NCBI GenBank assembly: GCA_902546615.1
Contig: CACCKE010000005.1
Coordinates: 19-64,018, forward strand
DNA: 64,000 nucleotides
Source of the DNA: an uncultured Pelagibacteraceae bacterium
Lineage (GTDB): Bacteria; Pseudomonadota; Alphaproteobacteria; Pelagibacterales; AG-422-B15
Direction: 5' to 3'
A program made the position numbers and the translations under genes. Numbering within the stretch: position 1 is the stretch's first letter; each line of letters begins with the position of its first letter. The notes below the pieces were generated by a model. That model was not told where the DNA came from and made no database searches. It was given only the letters and a program-made list of their open reading frames with translations. Positions 9,562 through 18,747 of the stretch are shown in pieces.

Positions 9562-10233
9562 TTAGAAAATAATTTCAACTAAATAGTCTCTTCCTAAGTC
9601 ATGGATATGATAATTACTAAGCGATAAATTGGTTAAGATATCATTTATTCTACTTTTATTATAAAACCACAAAGGACAATTTCTGAATTTATATCTTATC
9701 TTTCTTTGAGGCGTTAGCCAATGATTTTCTACAGGAACACTGAATAAAATTCTTTTACTAACAATATCCTTCAATACATTTATTAGACTTTCTGGATCTT
9801 CAAAATATTCAACAACTCCTAAGGCAAAAATTGTATCAAAATCTCGATCAAATTGATAATCCATTATATCGGCAATTATAAATTCTAATTTTGTATCCAT
9901 ATTATTTTCTGATGATAGCTTACGTGATATTTTTATCATATTAGGAGCTACATCAATTCCAGTAACATTAACATTGTTATATTTTGCTAATAAAAAATCA
10001 TGCCAACCTGGGCCACACCCTACATCAAGAACTTCAGAACTTGATGTTGATTTAATTATTTCAGAAACTTTTTGAAATCTTAAAAACATACTATATCGAA
10101 GGTAACGATCAATAAGCCTTATAAATGGATTTTTTTGATCCTCTAAATATATTGAATAGAATTTTTCAGCATATCCATCAAAAAAAAATTTGACCGCTTC
10201 AGCGCTTTCTTCATTTTTTTTAATTGAATTCAT
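9562..10233 (-). CDS. class I SAM-dependent methyltransferase
   Basis: Motif I VLDVGCGPGW, a post-I acidic residue (GIDVAP), then FDTIFALGVVEYF. Confidence 0.75.
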   Translation of the reverse strand: MNSIKKNEESAEAVKFFFDGYAEKFYSIYLEDQKNPFIRLIDRYLRYSMFLRFQKVSEIIKSTSSSEVLDVGCGPGWHDFLLAKYNNVNVTGIDVAPNMIKISRKLSSENNMDTKLEFIIADIMDYQFDRDFDTIFALGVVEYFEDPESLINVLKDIVSKRILFSVPVENHWLTPQRKIRYKFRNCPLWFYNKSRINDILTNLSLSNYHIHDLGRDYLVEIIF

Positions 10234-10317
10234 AAGATAATATCACTCATGTAATTAAGTTTTATTTAGCTCATAATTTATATATAATTTTTCTTTGAAA
10301 TCAATAACTTTAAAATT
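10234..10317. promoter_or_regulatory. divergent intergenic spacer; presumed promoters
   Basis: An 84-nt gap between the start of a minus-strand methyltransferase and the start of a plus-strand glycosyltransferase. No specific boxes assignable. Confidence 0.3.
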
Positions 10318-11433
10318 ATGAAGATTATCATAGTTGGTATTAATAGTTGGTACATTTACCATTTTTGGCTTCCGCTTATTAATGAATTAAAAAAAAAATA
10401 TAATCTATTTATTGTTACTGAATATGATGAGTACTCTAATAAATTAGAGGAAAAAGGGTTTAAATGTATTTATGTAAATTTTTCAAATAGATCTCTAAAC
10501 ATATTAAAAAATATTAAGGCAATTTATAAGATTTTTTCAATTTATAAAAAAATTAAGCCTGACTTAGTTCATCATTTTAATCCTAAGCCTGTAATTATTG
10601 GAAGTTTAGTGGCTCATATTTTAAAAATAAGATTCATAATTAATAGTTATCCTGGTTTAGGAAATTTATTTAGGAAAGATAAAATAAAATTTAATATAAT
10701 AAGGCCTTTTATTCTTTTAGCGTATATCGCAATAAATAGAAAGAATGTAAACTCAATATTTCAAGTTAAAAAAGATGAAGAATTGTTTATTAAAAAAAAA
10801 TTGATAAACAAGTCAAAAACTAACTATATTTCCAGTTCCGGTGTGGATACTATGAAGTTTAAAATGAGAGATTCCTTTAACATGAAGAATAAATTAAAAG
10901 TAGCGATGATTTCAAGGATAAACGTTGATAAGGGAATTGATACATATTTAAAAATAGCAAAAAAACTGAATGATAGATGTGATTTTTTTCTTGCTGGTCA
11001 GTTTTATCAATTTGAGAATACTAGATTTAGTGAAAGTCAACTTATTGAAAGTTGTAATGAAAATTCAATTACTTATTTATCTTTTGTTAAAGACATGAGT
11101 ACTTTTTTAAATCAAATTGATATATTAATTTTACCTACAAGAAGGCTTGAAGGTGTTCCGAAAATTATCTTGGAGTCATGTAGTTGTGGAGTAGTGCCAA
11201 TAGCTTCTGATATTGGTGGCTGTGGAGAAATAGTGCTTCCAGATATAAATGGATACTTAATTGAAATGAATAACATTGACATGTTCGTAAATAAGATAAA
11301 AGTTTTAGATAAAGATAGGCTTTTGATGTCTTATCTTGGAAAAAATGGAAGAAAGTTAGTAGAAAAGAATTTCGAGGTTTCAAATATTATTGCAAATTAC
11401 ATGCATTTATATAAATCAAAATCTATTTTATAA
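10318..11433 (+). CDS. glycosyltransferase, GT-B fold (GT4 / group 1-like)
   Basis: C-terminal signature LPTRRLEGVPKIILESCSCGVVPIASDIGGCGEIV...NGYL, typical of GT4 retaining transferases. Confidence 0.7.
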   Translation: MKIIIVGINSWYIYHFWLPLINELKKKYNLFIVTEYDEYSNKLEEKGFKCIYVNFSNRSLNILKNIKAIYKIFSIYKKIKPDLVHHFNPKPVIIGSLVAHILKIRFIINSYPGLGNLFRKDKIKFNIIRPFILLAYIAINRKNVNSIFQVKKDEELFIKKKLINKSKTNYISSSGVDTMKFKMRDSFNMKNKLKVAMISRINVDKGIDTYLKIAKKLNDRCDFFLAGQFYQFENTRFSESQLIESCNENSITYLSFVKDMSTFLNQIDILILPTRRLEGVPKIILESCSCGVVPIASDIGGCGEIVLPDINGYLIEMNNIDMFVNKIKVLDKDRLLMSYLGKNGRKLVEKNFEVSNIIANYMHLYKSKSIL

Positions 11434-11436
11434 GTT

Positions 11437-13362
11437 TTAAATATTATTATACTCTAACCAGGACTGAAATATTAGTATACTCCATAAAGGTCGATAAAGA
11501 TTTCTTCTCTCTGAAATGTGCTCTTTCCATATTGAGATAACTTTACTGTGGTCGAAATACGGACTTATTTTAAAGTTTTTAGAATAAATAATATCTTCTG
11601 ACCATTCTTTTAAAGGTCCTCTGAGCCAATGATCAATAGGTGCATTGAAACCCGATTTTTGATTATCAATAATATTTTTTGGCAAGTATTTACTTAATAT
11701 CTTTCTCAAAATTACTTTATTATTTTTTTTATCTATTTTTAGTCTCATGGGTATACCTGCGGCAAATTCAACTACATTTCTATCTAAAAATGGTACGCGC
11801 GTCTCTAATGATGACATCATTGCTGATCGGTCTAATTTAACAAGAATATCATCTGGTAAATAATTATTTTGATCTATATACATCATCAAATTTTCAATAC
11901 TTTTAGTTGCTGATCTGTTTATAATATTTTCCTCTATTAAATCTTTTGAAGTATTATTAATCAATATTGAATCTGATAAATTTGTATTTTGTAAAATATT
12001 GATATAACTTAAAACATCATCTTTAGAATTAAAAATATTAAAAACTTTTCTAAGCTTGTCTGAGCCTTGGTCAATATTTAATGATTTTCCAAATGAGTCC
12101 CATACGTTATCAGAAAATAGATTGTAAAAATTAAAAATTGGATTGTGTATTATCGATGGTATAACGCTTTTTATTTTTCGAATTGTGGGAAGCATTTTAT
12201 ATCTATTATAACCTCCAAAAATCTCATCACCACCATCTCCAGATAAGGCAACTGTAACTGACTTCCTTGCAATCTTAGAAATTAATATAGTTGGAAGCAT
12301 TGATGGATCAGCAAATGGTTCACTAAAAACTTTAGGAAGATCAGGTATTAAATCCTGAGCATCCTTAGAACTGAAATAAACTTCATTATGATTTGTATTT
12401 AAAAATTTGGATATTTCACCTGCCTTTTTTGCCTCATTAAACTCTTTTTCATGAAAACCTATTGTAAATGTATTAATAGGCATTCTTGATTGACTTTGTA
12501 GTATTGAAACTATTAATGATGAGTCTATCCCCCCAGACAAGAAGGCCCCCACAGGAACATCTGAAATTGTTTGTAATTTCACAGATTTTGTTAATAATTT
12601 CTCAAGTCTTTCATCTAAATGGTTATAGTTCTCAATTTCATGACTATAATTTTTGGGTAAAGACCAATATTTTTTATTTCTAATAGAATCTAATCCATTA
12701 TTTTTAAAATCATTTAAGTTGACAGTAAGAAATGACGAAGGTGGTAGTTTTTTAATATTTTTAAAAATACTAAGCTGTTGAGGTATATAATTGTATTGCA
12801 AGAGGTAATAAATAGATTTTTCATCAACTTCCATATCTATGTTCTTATATTCTTTAAGCACAACTAAATCAGATGAAAAAAATAAAACTTGACCAATTTG
12901 GCCATAGTAAAGTGGCTTTTCACCAAATCTGTCTCTTGCAAAAATTAAATTATTTTCTTTTTTATCGTAAATAACAAATGAAAACATCCCATTAATTTTA
13001 TCTAATGTTGTTTCAATACCGAATAATGAAATTGATTCAATTAAAGTCTCAGTATCAGATGTTGATTTCCAAATTATGGGGTCTTTACTTTTTTTTTCAA
13101 TTTGCTCTCTTATCTCTAAATGATTATATATCTCACCATTATAGACAATAACATATCTTTTATTTGACGATTGCATTGGTTGACTTCCTGATTTAGATGT
13201 ATCCAATACAGATAGTCTTCTATGACCTAAGAATAACTTTTTATCTAAATCGGCCCAATTTCCTGAATCATCTGGCCCACGATGTTCAAGAGTATTGATA
13301 GTTTTTTTAAAGCTTTCGATACTCAAATTATGATCGTTAAAGAAACCAACGAAACCACACAT
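11437..13362 (-). CDS. asparagine synthase (glutamine-hydrolysing) paralogue, WbpS/EPS-locus amidotransferase type
   Basis: N-terminal MCGF Cys nucleophile, PP-loop FLSGGIDSS, 641 aa. Its setting inside a glycan operon argues for sugar or uronate amidation, not Asn synthesis. Confidence 0.85.
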   Translation of the reverse strand: MCGFVGFFNDHNLSIESFKKTINTLEHRGPDDSGNWADLDKKLFLGHRRLSVLDTSKSGSQPMQSSNKRYVIVYNGEIYNHLEIREQIEKKSKDPIIWKSTSDTETLIESISLFGIETTLDKINGMFSFVIYDKKENNLIFARDRFGEKPLYYGQIGQVLFFSSDLVVLKEYKNIDMEVDEKSIYYLLQYNYIPQQLSIFKNIKKLPPSSFLTVNLNDFKNNGLDSIRNKKYWSLPKNYSHEIENYNHLDERLEKLLTKSVKLQTISDVPVGAFLSGGIDSSLIVSILQSQSRMPINTFTIGFHEKEFNEAKKAGEISKFLNTNHNEVYFSSKDAQDLIPDLPKVFSEPFADPSMLPTILISKIARKSVTVALSGDGGDEIFGGYNRYKMLPTIRKIKSVIPSIIHNPIFNFYNLFSDNVWDSFGKSLNIDQGSDKLRKVFNIFNSKDDVLSYINILQNTNLSDSILINNTSKDLIEENIINRSATKSIENLMMYIDQNNYLPDDILVKLDRSAMMSSLETRVPFLDRNVVEFAAGIPMRLKIDKKNNKVILRKILSKYLPKNIIDNQKSGFNAPIDHWLRGPLKEWSEDIIYSKNFKISPYFDHSKVISIWKEHISERRNLYRPLWSILIFQSWLEYNNI

Positions 13363-13380
13363 TTATTTTCCAATCGTAAA

Positions 13381-14298
13381 TTAGTTATTGTAAGTATTAA
13401 TTATTTCTTTTTTAGAGGATATTCTATTTATCTTTTCTGCTAAAACATATGTACATGATGCGCCATCTAGAGATTTTTTATTTATTTGGAAAAAATAATC
13501 AAAATATTTTAACCAAAAAAATAAAATTCTCGAAACTAGTATTGAAAAGTTCCTTAGTATGTTCTTGTTAAAAAAAGCTTTAATAAAATTTTCAATTGAC
13601 CACGCTAAAACGCTACCTGGGCCAGCAACTAATCCATAGTCAATTAATTTAAAGTGGTGAAATAATTTATTGTGACCAACCATAGAATATCTAGTAAAAT
13701 CATATGCCCCTTCATGAATTTGTTGCATGAATGGTATTTCAGAGTAGACAATACCATGGTCTTTTAAAACTCTATGAATATTTTTGACGACATCCTCTGG
13801 ATCATAAACATGCTCTAAAACTGCTGTTATTATTATGCCATCAAAAGACTTATCTTCAAATGGTATATTGTGACAATCAATTATAATATCACAATCAGAC
13901 TCTAAACTAATATCTGTAAAAATAATATTTTTATCTGAGTCAAAAATACTAAGTAGATCTTTTCTTTGATTTCCACATCCTAAAACTAATAATTTATAAT
14001 TTTTTCTCTTTTCAATTATTTTTTTAAATTTATATAACATTTTTTTTTGTGAGAGATTAACTGATATTTCTGGTACTGCGGATTTAATCTTTGAAAGTAA
14101 ATAATTATTTTTATTTTTGCTAGCATTTATATAATTTTCGACTGGAAATAATTCATTGTCCTTACTTACTAGTATTAATTTTTTACTTACGATGAGATAT
14201 TCCATATGACATTTTAAGCACTTAATTAAATTCATTTCACTTGTAAGTCTGGAGTAGCAATCCGGACATCGGATATTTTCAAATAAAAATTTATTCAT
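13381..14298 (-). CDS. SAM-dependent methyltransferase with N-terminal Trm112-like zinc ribbon
   Basis: CPDC...CLKC four-Cys ribbon, then LLVLGCGNQ (motif I) and FDGIIITAVLEHV. Confidence 0.65.
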   Translation of the reverse strand: MNKFLFENIRCPDCYSRLTSEMNLIKCLKCHMEYLIVSKKLILVSKDNELFPVENYINASKNKNNYLLSKIKSAVPEISVNLSQKKMLYKFKKIIEKRKNYKLLVLGCGNQRKDLLSIFDSDKNIIFTDISLESDCDIIIDCHNIPFEDKSFDGIIITAVLEHVYDPEDVVKNIHRVLKDHGIVYSEIPFMQQIHEGAYDFTRYSMVGHNKLFHHFKLIDYGLVAGPGSVLAWSIENFIKAFFNKNILRNFSILVSRILFFWLKYFDYFFQINKKSLDGASCTYVLAEKINRISSKKEIINTYNN

Positions 14299-15131
14299 CT
14301 TTGAATTAATTTATTATATTTTTTATTGCTTCCCCAAAAGGCCATTGGTTCATCTTTATTATATTTATAATAACCATAATTTGGCTTGATCGTCCATCCA
14401 TGCTCATTTATCCACTGTTGTACTAGATTTCTTATCTTTGTCGGCACACCACTACATAAATTTACAATTCCATTATCATTATTTAAATATGACAATTTTG
14501 CTATTTTAGAGACGATTTCTGAAACGTGCGAGTAATCTCTTTCTTGATTTCCCTCAGACATATCAAAGAATTTCTCTTTTTTTTTAGCTGCATTTTTTAA
14601 TTGTTCAAAAATAGAATTTCTACTTTGATTTTCACCATAAATATAAAAGATTCTCATCCAAGTGAGGTTAAAGTCTTTTTTAATTTTTAGAAACTCAATT
14701 TTTTTTCTCAGCTTATCTTTGGCTAAACTATAATTATTTATTGGTTTAGGACTAAAATCCTCTTTCACTTCACCTTCGATATTTCCGTATTCAAAACATG
14801 TTCCAGCAACTAGAATATTTTTTATACCATGTTCGATCGCCTCATTTATAAATTGAAAGCTAATTTTTAATTCTTCATCTAGGTGTCTCTTATCAGAGTA
14901 ATCGTCTAACTTACTCCATGCTAAATGGATTAAAGTATCTATTTGAGGTAAATCTCTGAACAGAGAGGCATTATCTAGAGAAATATTATGCAAAATATAT
15001 TTAACATTTTTAATTTCTTTTTTCTTTGGAAAATTTCTAACAATGCAGTTTACTGAGCCTTTTTGTTTCAACAGTTCATCCAGAAGATTTTTTCCAATAA
15101 AACCATTTGCACCAGACAATAAAAAATTCAT
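14295..15131 (-). CDS. NAD(P)-dependent sugar-nucleotide reductase/epimerase (SDR)
   Basis: FLLSGANGFIGKNL and YSLAKDKLR (YxxxK). 4-nt overlaps with both neighbouring genes. Confidence 0.7.
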   Translation of the reverse strand: MNFLLSGANGFIGKNLLDELLKQKGSVNCIVRNFPKKKEIKNVKYILHNISLDNASLFRDLPQIDTLIHLAWSKLDDYSDKRHLDEELKISFQFINEAIEHGIKNILVAGTCFEYGNIEGEVKEDFSPKPINNYSLAKDKLRKKIEFLKIKKDFNLTWMRIFYIYGENQSRNSIFEQLKNAAKKKEKFFDMSEGNQERDYSHVSEIVSKIAKLSYLNNDNGIVNLCSGVPTKIRNLVQQWINEHGWTIKPNYGYYKYNKDEPMAFWGSNKKYNKLIQR

Positions 15132-16354
15132 GATATATCTAATTTTGGTATTGCAGTTACAAATTTAGCTCCCCAATTTCTAACATATTTCAAATTAGAC
15201 TTAATTTCATCTTTGAGATTCCAAGGTAAAATAATAATGTAATCAGGTCTATATTCTTTTATTATTTTTTCTTCAAAAATAGGTATACCACTTCCAGGCA
15301 TAAATTTATTTTGCTTTGATGGATTTAAATCAACGACATATTTTATTACATCACTTTTGATCTCTGCATAGTTTAATAAAGTATTTCCTTTAGCTGCAGC
15401 ACCATAAGCAATAATTTTTTTGTTTTCAGCTGACGCCTTGTGTATAAATTTTTTAAACTTATTCGTAACACCGTCAATTTTTTCCTGAAATTTTAAATAT
15501 AATTTTAAATTATTTATTCCATTTTTTTTCTCAAAATCTATAAGATTTTTTACTCTGTTATTTATTTTTATTTTACTATTATCTTTTCGTTGTGCATATA
15601 TTCTTAAACTACCACCATGGGATTGAATCTTTTCGACATCAATAATTTTTAAACCACATTCTTTAAATATATTATTTACTGAAATAAATGAAAAGTATGA
15701 GAAATGCTCATGATAAATTGTATCAAACTGTTTATACTTAATTAAGTTGTACAAATGGGGGAATTCAAAACAAGCTACACCATTTGATTTTAACAATAGC
15801 GCAAATCCTTTAACAAAGTCTTTTACATCAGGTACATGCGCCAAAACATTATTGGCAATTATCAAATCAGCAAGGTACTTCTTCTTTCTTAATTTTTTTG
15901 CTAATGATTCAGTAAAGAATTCTTTTATTGTCATTATACCTTTTTCTTCTGATTTTGCCGCTGTATTTTTAGTAGGTTCAATCCCAAGACAAGGGATTGA
16001 ATGATTTTTAAAATATTGCAACAAATAGCCATCATTTGAGGCAACTTCCACAACAAAACTATTTTCATTAAGTTTAAAATTCTTGATTGCTTTATCAACA
16101 AATAACCTTGAGTGATTCAGCCAATACTTAGAAAATGAGCTAAAATAAACATAATCGTTATTAAAAATCTTGCTATGTTTTACTTGGTCAAGGGTTTGAA
16201 CCAGCCAACACTTGTTACAAATTAGTATTTTTAACTTATAGTGCTTTTCAGATTTAAGCTGTTTAATTGAACTTAAAAGACTATTTGCCAGTGGTGTACT
16301 TCCTAAATCTGCAAATTGATGATTTAACTGTGATTTACAGTTCCTACATTTCAT
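15128..16354 (-). CDS. NDP-hexose C-methyltransferase (zinc-ribbon + class I MT + C-methyltransferase C-terminal domain; TylCIII-like)
   Basis: MKCRNCKSQLNHQFADLGSTPLANSL N-terminus, VVEVASNDGYLL motif I and about 408 aa. This architecture is characteristic of sugar C-methyltransferases. Confidence 0.75.
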   Translation of the reverse strand: MKCRNCKSQLNHQFADLGSTPLANSLLSSIKQLKSEKHYKLKILICNKCWLVQTLDQVKHSKIFNNDYVYFSSFSKYWLNHSRLFVDKAIKNFKLNENSFVVEVASNDGYLLQYFKNHSIPCLGIEPTKNTAAKSEEKGIMTIKEFFTESLAKKLRKKKYLADLIIANNVLAHVPDVKDFVKGFALLLKSNGVACFEFPHLYNLIKYKQFDTIYHEHFSYFSFISVNNIFKECGLKIIDVEKIQSHGGSLRIYAQRKDNSKIKINNRVKNLIDFEKKNGINNLKLYLKFQEKIDGVTNKFKKFIHKASAENKKIIAYGAAAKGNTLLNYAEIKSDVIKYVVDLNPSKQNKFMPGSGIPIFEEKIIKEYRPDYIIILPWNLKDEIKSNLKYVRNWGAKFVTAIPKLDIS

Positions 16355-16356
16355 AT

Positions 16357-16926
16357 TTATTCTATTTTTAAACCTTTAAAATTATTATCGATATACTTAA
16401 ATCCTCTATCTCTCTTAGATATTTTATTAATTTTAATCGGCCACTTAACATTTAGTTTTTTGTCTAAGACATTTAAGCCACTCTCAGACTTTTTTTGATA
16501 AGAATTTGAATGTATGTATAAAATTATACAATTGTTTTCTAATGCTTGAAAACCATGGGCAAAGCCCTTTGGGATAATTAAACTTTTTTTATTTCTCTCA
16601 GATAACTTTTCAACATGATGACATAAAAAAGTTTTTGATGAAGACCTTAGATCAATAGCAACATCACTAATGCTACCTTTTATACAAGTTACAATCTTTA
16701 TTTCTGAGTGAGGTGGTTTTTGAAAATGAAAACCCTTTATAGTTCCTTTATTTTTTACTTCTGTTACATTAATTGAGTCAACTATTTCAGTATATCCTAA
16801 TTTATTAAATCCTTTTTTATTAAAAATTCTTAATAATGAACCTCTAGAATCTATAAAATTATTTCTATTAACTACAATTAAATCTTTAATTTTAGTATTT
16901 GATTTTTTAAATTTATCAAGTGACAT
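16357..16926 (-). CDS. cupin-fold NDP-4-keto-6-deoxyhexose 3,5-(or 3-/5-)epimerase, RmlC-like
   Basis: FIDSRGSLLRIF, GFHFQKPPHSE and IPKGFAHGFQAL. The ORF track starts it at 16983. I prefer ATG 16926 (MSLDKF...), which cuts the overlap with rfbG from 68 to 11 nt. Confidence 0.7.
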   Translation of the reverse strand: MSLDKFKKSNTKIKDLIVVNRNNFIDSRGSLLRIFNKKGFNKLGYTEIVDSINVTEVKNKGTIKGFHFQKPPHSEIKIVTCIKGSISDVAIDLRSSSKTFLCHHVEKLSERNKKSLIIPKGFAHGFQALENNCIILYIHSNSYQKKSESGLNVLDKKLNVKWPIKINKISKRDRGFKYIDNNFKGLKIE

Positions 16927-17980
16927 ATTTTTTTTTGAATAGTTGATTAATTTGTTTTCTTGAGAATTCATATAAATCAACATTATCTATCCATGCTTCA
17001 TACCAATTAGCTGTCATTTTCAAACTCTCTAAATAATTTATTTCTGGTTTCCATTTTAAACTTTTTGATACTTTGGATGTATTTAATGCCAAATAACTAG
17101 ACTCGTAAAATTTATCATTTTTTTCAACTTTTATTTTTATATTTGAGTTCCATAGTTTTAAAAAATCTTTCACAATTTTTTTTACATTTACTTCAGATGA
17201 AGACTTTGGACCAAAATTCCATGAAGAAGAATATTTATTTGGAAATTCATATAGTTTTTCCATTAATTTAATATAACCTATAAGTGGATCAATTACATGC
17301 TGCCAAGGCCTTACAGCTAGGGGATATCTAATTGTAATATTTCTATTTGCTTTCAAAGATCTAATAACATCTGGGATCAATCTATTATCAGACCAATCTC
17401 CTCCGCCAATAATATTTCCAGCTCTAACAGTAGCAATGCCCAGTCTGTCTTTTAGAAAAGAATTATAATAAGCGGTGGTGATGATTTCAGAGCATGCTTT
17501 ACTACTACTATAAGGGTCAAATCCTCCAAGAGGGTCTGTCTCTCTAAATTTATTTTTTTTATTTTTATTGTGGTAGCATTTATCAGAAGTAACATTAATA
17601 AGAGATTTTACTGATTTCAACTTTCTAACTGTTTCAAGCAAATTTATCATACCTATTATATTCGTCTCGTAGGTACCAACAGGATCTTTATAAGAGTTTA
17701 ACACTAAAGGTTGAGCCGCTAAATGAAAAATTATTTTAGGTCTTATTTTTTTTATTGATTTTTCTAAAAATTCTTTTTGGCGTATATCACCATATATACT
17801 TTCTTTAAGTTTTATTTTTTTTTTGATTGAGTTAAAAAAAATTTTATTTTTTTCAGGTTTCAAAGATATACCAGAAATATTAGCGCCTAATTCATTGAGC
17901 ATTAAAGAAAGCCAAGTTCCTTTGAAGCCAGTGTGACCAGTAATTAAAACATCTTTATTTTTCCAAAAAGCTCTATTCAT
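16916..17980 (-). CDS. rfbG: CDP-glucose 4,6-dehydratase
   Basis: WKNKDVLITGHTGFKGTWLSLML, YSSSKACSE and RAGNIIGGGDW. The preferred start ATG 17980 (MNRAFW) forms an ATGA overlap with the rfbF stop. Confidence 0.85.
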   Translation of the reverse strand: MNRAFWKNKDVLITGHTGFKGTWLSLMLNELGANISGISLKPEKNKIFFNSIKKKIKLKESIYGDIRQKEFLEKSIKKIRPKIIFHLAAQPLVLNSYKDPVGTYETNIIGMINLLETVRKLKSVKSLINVTSDKCYHNKNKKNKFRETDPLGGFDPYSSSKACSEIITTAYYNSFLKDRLGIATVRAGNIIGGGDWSDNRLIPDVIRSLKANRNITIRYPLAVRPWQHVIDPLIGYIKLMEKLYEFPNKYSSSWNFGPKSSSEVNVKKIVKDFLKLWNSNIKIKVEKNDKFYESSYLALNTSKVSKSLKWKPEINYLESLKMTANWYEAWIDNVDLYEFSRKQINQLFKKKYVT

Positions 17981-18747
17981 TTCCAATTTTTCCATGGCGC
18001 GATATTTTTTTTCCATAAATCTTCAAGTTTACGTTTCTCTCTTAACGTATCCATAGGTTGCCAAAATCCTGAGTGTTTATAAGCTATTAATTCTCCAATC
18101 TTTGATAAGTTTTCAACTGGTTGTTTTTCCCAAATAGTCATATCATCAGATATTAGTTCAATCACTTTTGGTGATAAAACAAAAAAGCCACCATTTATCC
18201 AATCATTTGAGTCCTCATCTTTTTCTTTAAAAGAATTTACAACATTATTATTATCTATTTTTAAGGCTCCAAATCTACTAGGTGGGTGAACAGCCGTTAT
18301 TGTTGCTAATTTCTTATGCTTTCTGTGGAAATTTATTTTATCTTTTATATCAATGTCAGAAACTCCATCCCCATAAGTAAAGCAAAAAAAATCCTCTTCT
18401 TTCACATAATTAGAAACTCTTTTTAATCTGCCACCTGTCATGGTTTCGTAGCCAGTATCAACTAAATTTACTTTCCAAATATTTGACTCAAATTTAACAA
18501 TTAATTGAGTACTTTCATATTTTTCATCAGTATTTTCAGAAATTGAGTGTGATAAGAAAAACTTTTTAATTACTTCCTTTTTATATCCACAACAAATAAT
18601 AAAATCTGTTATTTCTGCTTGTTCATAAAGTTTCATAATATGCCATAATATTGGATATTTGCCTATCAGTACCATTGGCTTAGGCTTGTCAGATGTTTCT
18701 TCACTAATTCTTGTACCTAACCCTCCTGCTAATATTACTGCTTTCAT
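17977..18747 (-). CDS. rfbF: glucose-1-phosphate cytidylyltransferase
   Basis: MKAVILAGGLGTRISEETSDKPKPMVLIGKYPILWHIM, TGGRLKR and GFWQPMDTLREK. These are near-canonical RfbF motifs. Confidence 0.9.
   Translation of the reverse strand: MKAVILAGGLGTRISEETSDKPKPMVLIGKYPILWHIMKLYEQAEITDFIICCGYKKEVIKKFFLSHSISENTDEKYESTQLIVKFESNIWKVNLVDTGYETMTGGRLKRVSNYVKEEDFFCFTYGDGVSDIDIKDKINFHRKHKKLATITAVHPPSRFGALKIDNNNVVNSFKEKDEDSNDWINGGFFVLSPKVIELISDDMTIWEKQPVENLSKIGELIAYKHSGFWQPMDTLREKRKLEDLWKKNIAPWKNWK

Noticed and set aside
11437-13362. The asparagine synthase gene as housekeeping asnB
   Set aside because: It is embedded between a glycosyltransferase and a methyltransferase in the glycan island. WbpS/EPS-type AsnB paralogues are well known in such loci. 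Whether another asnB exists cannot be determined from this window.
16927-16983. N-terminal extensions implied by the longest-ORF starts: 16927..16983, 17981..18016, 49258..49272, 50972..51034 and 62010..62042
   Set aside because: They create 26-68-nt overlaps with upstream genes. Internal ATGs give ATGA-type or near-zero spacing, as seen elsewhere in the window, and place the conserved N-terminal motifs at their normal distance from the start.
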